Shown: positions 1 to 15,900 of the stretch, in pieces
Position numbering within the stretch: the first letter of the stretch is position 1
How the letters are laid out: the number at the start of each line of letters is the position of its first letter
DNA from: Eledone cirrhosa
Lineage: Eukaryota
DNA: 64,000 nt
Reading direction: 5' to 3'
Assembly (NCBI GenBank): GCA_964016885.1
Contig: OZ024740.1
Location: 46,314,001 to 46,378,000 of the forward strand
Translations under genes and position numbers: made by a program
The notes under the pieces: generated by a model
Told to the model about the DNA's origin: nothing
The model's database searches: none
Seen by the model: the letters and a program-made list of their open reading frames with translations, nothing else

Positions 1-3000
1 AGAAAGTAATACACACATCTATGGCCACATACAACATACGAGAAGGTAATACACACATCTAAGACCACATACAACACACGAGAAGGGAATACACACATCT
101 AGAACCATATACAACACACGAGAAGATAATACACACATCTAGGACCACATACAACACACGAGAAGATAATACACACATCTAGGACCACATACAACACACG
201 AGAATGTAATACACACATCTAAGACCATATACAACACACGAGAAGGTAATACACACATCTAGGACCACATACAACACACGAGAAGGTAATACACACATCT
301 AGGACCACATACAACACACGAGAAGGTAATACACACATCTAAGACCATATACAACACACGAGAATGTAATACACACATCTAGGACCACATACAACACAGA
401 GAAGGTAATACACACATCTAAGAGCATATACAACACACCAGAAGGTAATACACACATCTAAGACCATATACAACACACGAGAAGGTAATACACACATCTA
501 GGACCACATACGACACACGAGAAGGTAATACACACATCTAGGACCATATACAACACACGAGCCGGTAATACACACGCCTAGGACCATATACAACAGACGA
601 TCAGGTAATACACACATCTAGGACCATATACAACACACGAGAAGGTAATACACACATCTAAGACTACATACAACACACGAGAAGGTAATACACACATCTA
701 GGACCATATGCAACACACGAGAAGGTAATACACACATCTAGGACCACAAGCAACACACGAGAAGGTAATACACACACCTTGTACCACATACAACACACGA
801 GAAGGTAATACACACATCTAGGACCATATACAACACACGAGAAGGTAATACACACATCTAGGACCATATACAACACAGGAGAAGGTAATACACACATCTA
901 AGACTACATACAACACACGAGAAGGTAATACACACATCTAGGACCATATACGACACACGAGAAATGTAATACACACATCTAGGACCATATACAACACACG
1001 AGAAGGTAATACACACATCTAAGAGCATATACAACACACGAGAAGGTAATACACACATCTAGGACCACATACAACACACGAGAAGGTAATACACACACCT
1101 ATGACCACATACAACACACGAGAAGGTAATACACACATCTAGGACCACATACGACACACGAGAAGGTAATACACACATCTAGGACCATATACAACACACG
1201 AGCCGGTAATACACACGCCTAGGACCACATACAACACACGAGAAGGTGATACACACATCTAGGACCACATACAACACACGAGAAGGTAATACACACATCT
1301 AAGACCACATACAACACACGAGAAGGTAATACACACATCTAAGACCACATACAACACACGAGAAGGTAATACACACATCTAGAACCATATACAACACACG
1401 AGAAGATAATACACACATCTAGGACCACATACAACACACGAGAAGATAATACACACATCTAGGACCACATACAACACACGAGAAGTTAATACACACATCT
1501 AGGACCATATACAACAGACGAGCAGGTAATACACACATCTAGGACCATATGCAACACACGAGAAGGTAATACACACATCTAAGACTACATACAACACACG
1601 AGAAGGTAATACACACATCTAGGACCACATACAACACACGATAAGGTAATACACAGATCTAAGACCACATACAACACACGAGAAGGTAATACACATATCT
1701 AGGACCACATACAACACACGATAAGGTAATACACACATCTAGGACCATATACGACACACGATAAGGTAATACACACATCTAAGACTACATACAACACACG
1801 AGAAGGTAATACACACGTCTAGGACCACATACAACACACGATAAGGTAATACACATATCTAGGACCATATACAACACACGAGAAGGTAATACACACATCT
1901 AGGACCATATGCAACACACGAGAAGGTAATACACACATCTAGGACCACATACAACACACGAGAAAGTAATACACACATCTATGGCCACATACAACATACG
2001 AGAAGGTAATACACACATCTAAGACCACATACAACACACGAGAAGGGAATACACACATCTAGAACCATATACAACACACGAGAAGATAATACACACATCT
2101 AGGACCACATACAACACACGAGAAGATAATACACACATCTAGGACCACATACAACACACGAGAATGTAATACACACATCTAAGACCATATACAACACACG
2201 AGAAGGTAATACACACATCTAGGACCACATACAACACACGAGAAGGTAATACACACATCTAGGACCACATACAACACACGAGAAGGTAATACACACATCT
2301 AAGACCATATACAACACACGAGAATGTAATACACACATCTAGGACCACATACAACACAGAGAAGGTAATACACACATCTAAGAGCATATACAACACACCA
2401 GAAGGTAATACACACATCTAAGACCATATACAACACACGAGAAGGTAATACACACATCTAGGACCACATACGACACACGAGAAGGTAATACACACATCTA
2501 GGACCATATACAACACACGAGCCGGTAATACACACGCCTAGGACCATATACAACAGACGATCAGGTAATACACACATCTAGGACCATATACAACACACGA
2601 GAAGGTAATACACACATCTAAGACTACATACAACACACGAGAAGGTAATACACACATCTAGGACCATATGCAACACACGAGAAGGTAATACACACATCTA
2701 GGACCACAAGCAACACACGAGAAGGTAATACACACACCTTGGACCACATACAACACACGAGAAGGTAATACACACATCTAGGACCATATACAACACACGA
2801 GAAGGTAATACACACATCTAGGACCATATACAACACAGGAGAAGGTAATACACACATCTAAGACTACATACAACACACGAGAAGGTAATACACACATCTA
2901 GGACCATATACGACACACGAGAAATGTAATACACACATCTAGGACCATATACAACACACGAGAAGGTAATACACACATCTAAGAGCATATACAACACACG

Positions 3001-6000
3001 AGAAGGTAATACACACATCTAGGACCACATACAACACACGAGAAGGTAATACACACACCTATGACCACATACAACACACGAGAAGGTAATACACACATCT
3101 AGGACCACATACGACACACGAGAAGGTAATACACACATTTAGGACCATATACAACACACGAGCCGGTAATACACACGCCTAGGACCACATACAACACACG
3201 AGAAGGTGATACACACATCTAGGACCATATACAACACACGAGAAGGTAATACACACATCTAGGACCACATACGACATACGAGAAGGTAATACACACATCT
3301 AGGACCACATACTTCACACGATAAGGTAATACACACATCTAGGACCATATACAACACACGAGATGGTAATACACATATCTAGGACCATATGCAACACACG
3401 AGAAGTTAATACACACATCTAGGACCACATACAACACACGAGAAGGTAATACACACATCTAGGACGATATACAACAGACGATAAGGTAATACTCAAATCT
3501 AGGACCACATACAACACACAAGAAGGTAATACACACATCTAGGACCACATACAACACACGAGAAGTTAATACACACATCTAGGACCACATACAACACACG
3601 AGAAGGTAATACACACATCTAAGACTACATACAACACACGAGAAGGTAATACACACATCTAGGACCACATACAACACACGAGAAGGTAATACACACATCT
3701 AGGACCACATACAACACACGATAAGGTAATACACACATCTAGGACCATATACAACACACGATAAGGTAATACACACATCTAAGACTACATACAACACACG
3801 AGTAGGTAATACACACATCTAGGACCACATACAACACACGATAAGGTAATACACACATCTAGGACCATATACAACTCACGAGAAGGTAATACACACATCT
3901 AGGACCATATGCAACACACGAGAAGGTAATACACACATCTAGGACCACATACAACACACGAGAAGGTAATACACACACCTATGGCCACATACAACTCACG
4001 AGAAGGTAATACACACATCTAAGACCACATACAACACACGAGAAGGTAATACACACATCTAGAACCATATACAACACACGAGAAGATAATACACACATCT
4101 AGGACCACATACATCACACGAGAAGATAATACACACATCTAGGACCACATACAACACACGAGAAGGTAATACACACATCTAAGACTATATACAACACACG
4201 AGAAGGTAATACACACATCTAGGACCACATACAACACACGAGAAGGTAATACACACATCTAGGACCACATACAACACACGAGAAGGTAATACACACATCT
4301 AGGACCACATACAACACACGAGAAGGTAATACACACACCTATGGCCACATACAACACACGATAAGGTAATACACACATCTAGGACCACATACAACACACG
4401 AGAAGGTAATACACACATCTAGGACCATATACAACACACGAGAAGGTAATACACACACCTAGGACCACATACAACAGACGAGCAGGTAATACACACATCT
4501 AGGATCATATACAACACACGATAAGGTAATACACACATCTAAGACTACATACAACACACGAGAAGGTATTACACACATCTAGGACCATATTCAACACACG
4601 AGAAGGTAATACACACATCTAGGACCATATACAACACACGAGAAGGTAATACACACATCTAGGACCATATACAACACACGAGAATGTAATACACACACCT
4701 AGGACCATATACAACACACGAGAAGGTAATACACACACCTAGGACCACATACAACACACGAGAAGGTAATACACACATCTAGGACCATATACAACACACG
4801 AGAAGGTAATACACACATCTAGGACCACATACAACACACGAGAAGGTAATACACACACCTAGGACCACATACAACACACGAGAAAGTAATACACACATCT
4901 AGGACCATATACAACACACGAGAAGGTAATACACACATCTAGGACCATATACAACACACGAGAAGGTAATACACACATCTAGGACCATATACAACACACG
5001 AGAAGGTAATACACACATCTAAGACTACATACAACACACGAGAAGGTATTACACACATCTAGGACCATATACAACACACGATAAGGTAATACACACATCT
5101 AGGACCATATACAACACACGAAGATAATACACACATCTAAGAGCATATACAACACACGAGAAGGTAATACACACATCTAGGACCATATACAACACACGAG
5201 AAGGTAATACACACATCTAGGACCACATACAACACACGAGAAGGTAATACACACATCTAGGACCACATACAACACACGAGAAGGTAATACACACATCTAG
5301 GACCACATACAACACACGAGAAGGTAATACACACATCTAGGACCACATACAACACACGAGAAGGTAATACACATATCTAGGACCACATACAACACACGAG
5401 AAGTTAATACACACATCTAGGACCATATACAACAGACGAGCAGGTAATACACACATCTAGGACCATATGCAACACACGAGAAGGTAATACACACATCTAA
5501 GACTACATACAACACACGAGAAGGTAATACACACATCTAGGACCACATACAACACACGATAAGGTAATACACAGATCTAAGACCACATACAACACACGAG
5601 AAGGTAATACACATATCTAGGACCACATACAACACACGATAAGGTAATACACACATCTAGGACCATATACGACACACGATAAGGTAATACACACATCTAA
5701 GACTACATACAACACACGAGAAGGTAATACACACGTCTAGGACCACATACAACACACGATAAGGTAATACACATATCTAGGACCATATACAACACACGAG
5801 AAGGTAATACACACATCTAGGACCATATGCAACACACGAGAAGGTAATACACACATCTAGGACCACATACAACACACGAGAAAGTAATACACACATCTAT
5901 GGCCACATACAACATACGAGAAGGTAATACACACATCTAAGGCCACATACAACACACGAGAAGGGAATACACACATCTAGAACCATATACAACACACGAG

Positions 6001-9000
6001 AAGATAATACACACATCTAGGACCACATACAACACACGAGAAGATAATACACACATCTAGGACCACATACAACACACGAGAATGTAATACACACATCTAA
6101 GACCATATACAACACACGAGAAGGTAATACACACATCTAGGACCACATACAACACACGAGAAGGTAATACACACATCTAGGACCACATACAACACACGAG
6201 AAGGTAATACACACATCTAAGACCATATACAACACACGAGAATGTAATACACACATCTAGGACCACATACAACACAGAGAAGGTAATACACACATCTAAG
6301 AGCATATACAACACACCAGAAGGTAATACACACATCTAAGACCATATACAACACACGAGAAGGTAATACACACATCTAGGACCACATACGACACACGAGA
6401 AGGTAATACACACATCTAGGACCATATACAACACACGAGCCGGTAATACACACGCCTAGGACCATATACAACAGACTATCAGGTAATACACACATCTAGG
6501 ACCATATACAACACACGAGAAGGTAATACACACATCTAAGACTACATACAACACACGAGAAGGTAATACACACATCTAGGACCATATGCAACACACGAGA
6601 AGGTAATACACACATCTAGGACCACAAGCAACACACGAGAAGGTAATACACACACCTTGGACCACATACAACACACGAGAAGGTAATACACACATCTAGG
6701 ACCATATACAACACACGAGAAGGTAATACACACATCTAGGACCATATACAACACAGGAGAAGGTAATACACACATCTAAGACTACATACAACACACGAGA
6801 AGGTAATACACACATCTAGGACCATATACGACACACGAGAAATGTAATACACACATCTAGGACCATATACAACACACGAGAATGTAATACACACATCTAA
6901 GAGCATATACAACACACGAGAAGGTAATACACACATCTAGGACCACATACAACACACGAGAAGGTAATACACACACCTATGACCACATACAACGCACGAG
7001 AAGGTAATACACACATCTAGGACCACATACGACACACGAGAAGGTAATACACACATCTAGGACCATATACAACACACGAGCCGGTAATACACACGCCTAG
7101 GACCACATACAACACACGAGAAGGTGATACACACATCTAGGACCACATACAACACACGAGAAGGTAATAGACACATCTAAGACCACATACAACACACGAG
7201 AAGGTAATACACACATCTAAGACCACATACAACACACGAGAAGGTAATACACACATCTAGAACCATATACAACACACGAGAAGATAATACACACATCTAG
7301 GACCACATACAACACACGAGAAGATAATACACACATCTAGGACCACATACAACACACGAGAAGTTAATACACACATCTAGGACCATATACAACAGACGAG
7401 CAGGTAATACACACATCTAGGACCATATGCAACACACGAGAAGGTAATACACACATCTAAGACTACATACAACACACGAGAAGGTAATACACACATCTAG
7501 GACCACATACAACACACGATAAGGTAATACACAGATCTAAGACCACATACAACACACGAGAAGGTAATACACATATCTAGGACCACATACAACACACGAT
7601 AAGGTAATACACACATCTAGGACCATATACGACACACGATAAGGTAATACACACATCTAAGACTACATACAACACACGAGAAGGTAATACACACGTCTAG
7701 GACCACATACAACACACGAGAAGGTAATACACACATCTAGGACCACATACAACACACGATAAGGTAATACACACATCTAGGACCATATACAACACACGAG
7801 AAGGTAATACACACATCTAGGACCACATACGACATACGAGAAGGTAATACACACATCTAGGACCACATACTTCACACGATAAGGTAATACACACATCTAG
7901 GACCATATACAACACACGAGATGGTAATACACATATCTAGGACCATATGCAACACACGAGAAGTTAATACACACATCTAGGACCACATACAACACACGAG
8001 AAGGTAATACACACATCTAGGACGATATACAACAGACGATAAGGTAATACTCAAATCTAGGACCACATACAACACACAAGAAGGTAATACACACATCTAG
8101 GACCACATACAACACACGAGAAGTTAATACACACATCTAGGACCACATACAACACACGAGAAGGTAATACACACATCTAAGACTACATACAACACACGAG
8201 AAGGTAATACACACATCTAGGACCACATACAACACACGAGAAGGTAATACACACATCTAGGACCACATACAACACACGATAAGGTAATACACACATCTAG
8301 GACCATATACAACACACGATAAGGTAATACACACATCTAAGACTACATACAACACACGAGTAGGTAATACACACATCTAGGACCACATACAACACACGAT
8401 AAGGTAATACACACATCTAGGACCATATACAACTCACGAGAAGGTAATACACACATCTAGGACCATATGCAACACACGAGAAGGTAATACACACATCTAG
8501 GACCACATACAACACACGAGAAGGTAATACACACACCTATGGCCACATACAACTCACGAGAAGGTAATACACACATCTAAGACCACATACAACACACGAG
8601 AAGGTAATACACACATCTAGAATCATATACAACACACGAGAAGATAATACACACATCTAGGACCACATACATCACACGAGAAGATAATACACACATCTAG
8701 GACCACATACAACACACGAGAAGGTAATACACACATCTAAGACTATATACAACACACGAGAAGGTAATACACACATCTAGGACCACATACAACACACGAG
8801 AAGGTAATACACACATCTAGGACCACATACAACACACGAGAAGGTAATACACACATCTAGGACCACATACAACACACGAGAAGGTAATACACACACCTAT
8901 GGCCACATACAACACACGATAAGGTAATACACACATCTAGGACCACATACAACACACGAGAAGGTAATACACACATCTAGGACCATATACAACACACGAG

Positions 9001-10792
9001 AAGGTAATACACACACCTAGGACCACATACAACAGACGAGCAGGTAATACACACATCTAGGATCATATACAACACACGATAAGGTAATACACACATCTAA
9101 GACTACATACAACACACGAGAAGGTATTACACACATCTAGGACCATATTCAACACACGAGAAGGTAATACACACATCTAGGACCATATACAACACACGAG
9201 AAGGTAATACACACATCTAGGACCATATACAACACACGAGAATGTAATACACACACCTAGGACCATATACAACACACGAGAAGGTAATACACACACCTAG
9301 GACCACATACAACACACGAGAAGGTAATACACACATCTAGGACCATATACAACACACGAGAAGGTAATACACACATCTAGGACCACATACAACACACGAG
9401 AAGGTAATACACACACCTAGGACCACATACAACACACGAGAAAGTAATACACACATCTAGGACCATATACAACACACGAGAAGGTAATACACACATCTAG
9501 GACCATATACAACACACGAGAAGGTAATACACACATCTAGGACCATATACAACACACGAGAAGGTAATACACACATCTAAGACTACATACAACACACGAG
9601 AAGGTATTACACACATCTAGGACCATATACAACACACGATAAGGTAATACACACATCTAGGACCATATACAACACACGAAGATAATACACACATCTAAGA
9701 GCATATACAACACACGAGAAGGTAATACACACATCTAGGACCATATACAACACACGAGAAGGTAATACACACATCTAGGACCACATACAACACACGAGAA
9801 GGTAATACACACATCTAGGACCACATACAACACACGAGAAGGTAATACACACATCTAGGACCACATACAACACACGAGAAGGTAATACACACATCTAGGA
9901 CCACATACAACACACGAGAAGGTAATACACATATCTAGGACCATATACAACACACGAGAAGGTAATACACACACCTAGGACCATATACAACAGACGAGCA
10001 GGTAATACACACATCTAGGACCATATACAACACACGAGAAGGTAATACACACATCTAAGACTACATACAACACACGAGAAGGTAATACACACATCTAGGA
10101 CCATATGCAACACACGAGAAGGTAATACACACATCTAGGACCACATACAACACACGAGAAGGTAATACACACACCTAGGACCACATACAACACACGAGAA
10201 GGTAATACACACATCTAGGACCATATACAACACACGAGAAGGTAATACACACATCTAGGACCATATACAACACACGAGAAGGTAATACACACACCTAGGA
10301 CCATATACAACACACGAGAAGGTAATACACACACCTAGGACCACATACAACACACGAGAAGGTAATACACACATCTAGGACCATATACAACACACGCGTA
10401 TGTAATACACACATCTAAGACTACATACAACACACGAGAAGGTAATACCCACATCTATGACCATATACAACACACGATAAGGTAATACACACATCTAGGA
10501 CCATATACAACACACGAGAAGGTAATACACACATCTAAGAGCATATACAACACACGAGAAGGTAATACACACATCTAGGACCACATACGACACACGAGAA
10601 GGTAATACACACATCTAGGACCATATACAACACACGAGCCGGTAATACACACGCCTAGGACCACATACAACACACGAGAAGGTAATACACACATCTAGGA
10701 CCATATACAACACACGAGAAGGTAATACACACATCTAGGACCACATACGACACACGAGAAGGTAATACACACATCTAGGACCATATTCAACA
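1..10792. repeat. 40-bp satellite array (~270 monomers; consensus AGAAGGTAATACACACATCTAGGACCAYATACAACACACG) with higher-order repeats; runs off the window start
   Basis: Directly visible 40-nt periodicity. Near-identical spurious ORFs recur at offsets of 1960 (664 to 2624) and 5878 (664 to 6542). Confidence 0.99.
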
Positions 10793-10879
10793 AAAGGCAG
10801 GCGCAAGGGGTGTACAAACGAACCCCGCCATAGCAAAAGATAACAATATTGCGAGGAACACTAGGAAACCTCTAATAAT

Positions 10880-11400
10880 TTTTGAGGCAAACCAGCACGC
10901 TTGCAGTGTTACCTCGGGTGATGGCGGGGCTGATGCGCTGGAACAGCCAAGCGCTCTCATGAGCATCACCAGTTACCTTAAGCGAACCGCCATTGAAAAC
11001 AAGAACTTCGCTGTCAGTAGCCTGACTCCCCCAAACGTGTCTAACGCTATAAGCTGGAAAATGTAGTTAGCCGATAGATCACGGTATTTCAGGATTTTGT
11101 TCCGTTCGATTGTGGAAGCTGTAGCTCTCACCCTAACCGCAGCATCCAGCATCTGGGAAGAACTAAAAGAGTCACTAACTGCGACGTCCCAGATAAGACA
11201 CCTGCCTCTTAACCGGGGGCACAGGGTAAGACCATCAGGACTTTTCCCATCAATTCTGGACAACCCAGACTGTTCCAAAATTGAGGGGATCTTTTCCAGG
11301 GCCAAAGCTCTCTTGATGATGAGGTTTAGCTCAGTGTGACATTGAAGGATGTGGTTTTGCAATCCATGAATATGAAATAATGAAGTACAAGATGCACTAG
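10880..11400 (-). mobile_element. Degraded 3' part of a CRE-like non-LTR retrotransposon (restriction-like endonuclease domain)
   Basis: Translation SRIDGKSPDGLTLCPRLRGRCLIWDVAVSD...ERNKILKYRDL...FQLIALDTFG and, after a frameshift, TGDAHESAWLFQRISPAITRGNTASVL. This matches the RPDG..PW..G..L.WD and WL.QR.S.A..RGN signatures of CRE-clade RLE elements. Confidence 0.75.
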
Positions 11401-11522
11401 GGAGATAACGATGCTGGCAAAACATCTATATGTGACAACAGTTACAGACTCTGTGGAATAACATCGATGATGTCACCCACATCATAAGAAATTGTCCAAA
11501 AATGTCATCATGATACTATCTA

Positions 11523-13040
11523 TCTATGAAGTATGATTTAGAGGCCAAAACATTGGAATGATAGCACTAGCGTTCATTGGAATAACAGCACTGGCATTCG
11601 TTGGAATGATACCTCTAGTGTTCATTGGAAAGATAGCACTAGCGTTCATTGGAATAATAGCACTGGCATTCGTTGGAATGATACCTCTAGTGTTCATTGG
11701 AATGACAGCACTCGCGTTCATCGGAATGATAGCATTACTTATAGATATTCATAAAATTCCAGCTATGATGCAATTCTCACATCCTCGTTGGCAACGTTTA
11801 TTGTGGTAAAAACTAGGTTAACAGAGCCATCTCAGAATACATAGATAACTTCTATGGAACATAAATCTCGATACAGAGAGATGATGACTAGTAAATCAGA
11901 TTATAATAAGTCCACATCTTACGCGGTTCTAAACATTCTCGGTTGATATGTTTTTCCAGTCAAAGGGCTATAAAACTCAATGTGTTATACCATATTGGAA
12001 CCATCTATGAATTACTAAAAGTCTGTGATTGCTTGCTTGCTTGTCTGTAATGTAATATAGCCAAAATGGCGCATAATGGGAAAATACTTTGAAAGGAAGT
12101 TGCCCCTGAAATGGGAATACAAATGGAATAAAACAAGTTTCGCGTAAATTAAAGAATGGGTTCTTGAGATGTGGGGTTTTCCGGGTACCTTCATAAACAG
12201 AGAGAGAAAGATAGAGAGAAAGAAATAGTGGTTGTGAGAGAGTAGATTGAAAGAAACACAGAGAGAGGGAGAGGAGATAGAGAAGGAGAATGCAAGAGAG
12301 AGAGGGCTGGTGGTGTTGTTGTGTATATATATATATGTGTGTGTGTGTGTCTATGACCAGTGTATATAGATCACAGACACCCACATATATATACACACAT
12401 GCATACATATATATATATATATACATATATATAACGAAGGAAATGTGGTAAGGAACCAGGTGGACCATAACGCACCAAAGTACTCAATACTTGGGGTAGT
12501 AGAGTGGGTTAGCCGTCGAAACGGCTTGAGCTCAGCCGTCGGGGTCTTACTTGTTCCTATATTAACTCGAAATAATCTTTTACAATTAAATAGCTCAAAG
12601 AAGGGAATATTTCCGAGCCATGTAATACAAATGAATATATGAGAGGGATGAACACTGATACAAGTATACATGTGTTCCAATTGCAAATGACCAAGTTAAC
12701 TAGGTTGAAAAATACTAATTTAAAATAATATGGTTTGCCTGTCTCTATTTAAAATAATAAATCAATAAAAATAACAAACCTATATTGGCAATTCGAACAC
12801 ATGTATACTTGTATCAGTGTTCATGCCTCTCATATATTCATTTGTATATATATATGTATACAAACACACACATTTATATATATACATACACACGCGCATA
12901 TATATGGGCCGTCCAGTTTCATTTCACATTATATACATGTCTGTGTATATTTTAATTATTCAAAAATTATTTTTAAGTGAACATGATTTAAAAAATATAT
13001 TTTGAAGTAGACGTGACCCAACGGGTCACTGGTGGTCTAG
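11523..13040 (+). mobile_element. Probable non-autonomous Helitron (3' end clear, 5' end tentative)
   Basis: Hairpin GTGACCC-AAC-GGGTCAC at 13013-13029, then 7 nt, then CTAG (13037-13040) followed by T: a canonical Helitron 3' terminus. Candidate A|TC start (A|TCTATG) at 11523. Interior contains mini- and microsatellites. Confidence 0.5.
11551..11735. repeat. 24-bp minisatellite (~7.5 copies, CATTGGAATGATAGCACTAGCGTT) with a 72-bp trimer super-period
   Basis: Direct periodicity; the variants cycle ctagcg / ctggca / cctctagtg. Confidence 0.9.
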
Positions 13041-13583
13041 TATCACCTAAAACTAACCCTTACTGCTATCATTCTTTTTCTAAGATTTTTCAAGCTCCAG
13101 AGAACTTGATGTTATGCCCCCTCCAAATTATCAACGTACATAGGAACTTTTATATCAGGGCCCTAAACATACGCAGGAATGGGAGGAAAATACCAATTGA
13201 CCGCTTAAGATGCGGATCCATTATATATAATTTTACTAATACGAGTTTTTTTTTTTATTTTTAAAATCTATACTTGCAGTTTCATTTCAATGAGCGTCAT
13301 ACAAGTAGTATTTTGCTGTTGTTTACCCCTTGATCAGCTTTGATCTAGTAGACATATCATCAAAGGAGTCCAACCTATGTATAACCACCATGTGTTACTC
13401 TCGATGTATTTGTCAGTAAACTATATTCTTCACATGCATTCATTTGGCAACATAATTAATTAAATAAGATATATTTTATGCCCAACAAAGAATATATTAG
13501 AATATCTTTGACAATTTTAACGTCAATATGTAACCTTAGATTTTAATTTATAAGGCCTCACTGGGAAAATATACAAGGGTAAG

Positions 13584-15712
13584 TATCATCATCATCATCA
13601 TCATCATCATCGTTTAACGTCCATCTTCCACGCTAGCATGGGTTAGACGGGAGCTGTCCCACTTGAGGCAAGGTTGATCGGGTGACCGTCCTCGCTCATA
13701 TAGGACTATCTGGCAGGTTTTCTACGGCTGGATGCCCTTCCTAACACCAACCACATTTACAGTGTGGAACTGGGAACTGTTTACCGTGTTACCTACACGG
13801 CCACATTACAGCGTGGACTGTGTGTTTTTTTGTCGTGACACCTACACGATCTCGATCTCATTATCTCATTTATTTGCACTGGATGTTGTGGTACCAACTT
13901 TACAGAGAGAGGGTTGTGTTGGTGGGAGTGGGAGGATAGGGTAGGGCTAGTGGATTGGGGTGTATATTTGGTTAAGAGGTGCCTACTGACTGTAGGTTTC
14001 GCTTTGTACATAGGCAAGGCGGGTCTTCTGTATTACTGCGTAGCGCCAAAGATCTCGGTCCAGTGACATTGTCTTGGAGAGGTGTAAGTGTGTGAGGTCG
14101 GAATTTATCAAGTCGTCCCAGGTTTTTCTGGGTCTACCTACTCCGTAACTACCATCAATTTTGATCGCCCTGCACTTTTTATGCAGCTGTCGTCTTTCAT
14201 GCGCATCACGTGACCATACCAACGTAGACTTCTCTCAAGTAAACAGCATCTGATCCCTCTTATTCCTAATTTCTCACTTAGTTCATTTATGCTTTGCCGT
14301 TCACGTATATTACTATTACACATCCACGGAGCATGCATGCTTCGTTCCTTTCCAGTCTGCGCAAGTCCTCTGCCCGTAATGCCCATGTCTCACTGCCATG
14401 TAGCATAGCTGTTCGTATGCAGGCATCGTACAACCTGCCTTTCATTTTTAGAGAGAAACCTTTAGAGACCAATAGTGGTATAAGCTCTCTGAACTTTTTC
14501 CATCCCGTTCTGACTCTGGCTACTGTACTTTCAGAACACTCTCCGCCACTGCTGATTTCGTCACCCAGGTAACGGAAAGTGTCTACTATTTCTATAGAAC
14601 CATCTGGGCAATAGTAGGAGCTAGTATCCTGTGGACACTTGCTACATATTGCACCTGAGCATTGGCCACATATAAAGTCTACGTTCTTAGATTGTTTACC
14701 TGTGATCCAACTACATCTTTTATGTACCAATACTTTGGGACATAAAATGGAATTTCTGCCTACTCCTTTCCTACATACTGAGCATGGCCATTTCCCTGGG
14801 GGCACCTGTGCCTTATTTTTCTTTCTACAAACTAGAACTTTAGTCTTAGACGAGTTAAGTTTAAGGCCTTTTGATTCTAGGCCATGCTTCCATGTTTGGA
14901 ATTTCTTCTCTAGTTCAGCCATTGATTCAGCTATGAGCGTTAGATCATCTGCGTATAGGAATACCCATGGGCAGCCGGTCTTGAACTCCTATGTTATAGC
15001 CTGAAGGGCAATAATAAATAGGAGGGGGCTAAGGACAGAGCCTTGATGAACGCCAACTTTTACACTAAATTCTTCACAATATTCATTGTTAATTCTAACC
15101 TTACTGACTGTTTCATTATACATAGCTTGTATAGCTCTCACCAGCCATTCATCTACACCTAGTTTTCTAAGATCCCACCAGATAATAGAGCGGGGGACTC
15201 TGTCAAAGGCTTTCTCCAGGTCTACAAAAGCTAAGTAGAGGGGTTTACTTTTAGCTAGGTACTTCTCTTGTAGTTGTCGTACAAGGAAAAGAGCGTCTGT
15301 GGTACTTTTACCTGACACAAACCCAAACTGCATTTCATCTAGATCAATGCGCTCTCTGATTAGTTGTGCTATAACTCTTTCTGTGACCTTCATGACCTGG
15401 TCAACTAACTTTATGCCTCTATAGTTTCCTCTATCTAGAGCATCCCCTTTACCTTTGTAGCAGTTAATGATGATGCTGCTACGCCAGTCTTTCGGTATGA
15501 CCACCCCATTCTGTATTACTTGGTTAACTATACGGGTGACCATAGTGTGTCCCACCATACCAGATGCCTTCAACATCTCAGCAACTATCTCCGAAGGCCC
15601 AGCTGCCTTGTTTGTCTTCATATCTTTGATTGCCTTACTTATTATACTACCTTTAACTTGCACCGCTGGTCCTTCTTTTGGATCGATTTGGGGCAGACAA
15701 GTATTGCTTACA
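13584..15712 (-). mobile_element. 5'-truncated, frameshifted RTE-clade LINE; same family as 26112-29434
   Basis: RT motifs (YRGIKL, QFGF, FVDLEKAFD, GVHQGSVLSP, YADD) split over ORFs 14989-15780, 14287-14922 and 13983-14222. 3' UTR ends GGACGTTAAACGATGATGATG. Confidence 0.93.
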
Positions 15713-15900
15713 TTCTCAAAATCGACAGATCGCCCGTAAGATAGATTATATAGATACATTCTGTCCTTGGAAACCAGCAAGATTTATTTTATACTTGCGA
15801 TCAGGTAGGGGGGGGGGTATGAGAAAAGGAGCAAAATGTTTACAAAGTTTGCGAGCGAGATGCAGGAAGGTTCTAGAATAATTAATTAATAATAATACTA

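Noticed and set aside
1-10792. CRISPR-like array or coding ORFs in the 40-bp repeat
   Set aside because: Head-to-tail monomers with no unique spacers, no cas genes and a eukaryotic context; the ORFs are repeat translations.
12500-12545. Possible hammerhead around GCCGTCGAAACGGC
   Set aside because: GAAAC is present but there is no CTGANGA core or stem II upstream on either strand; it is only a hairpin.
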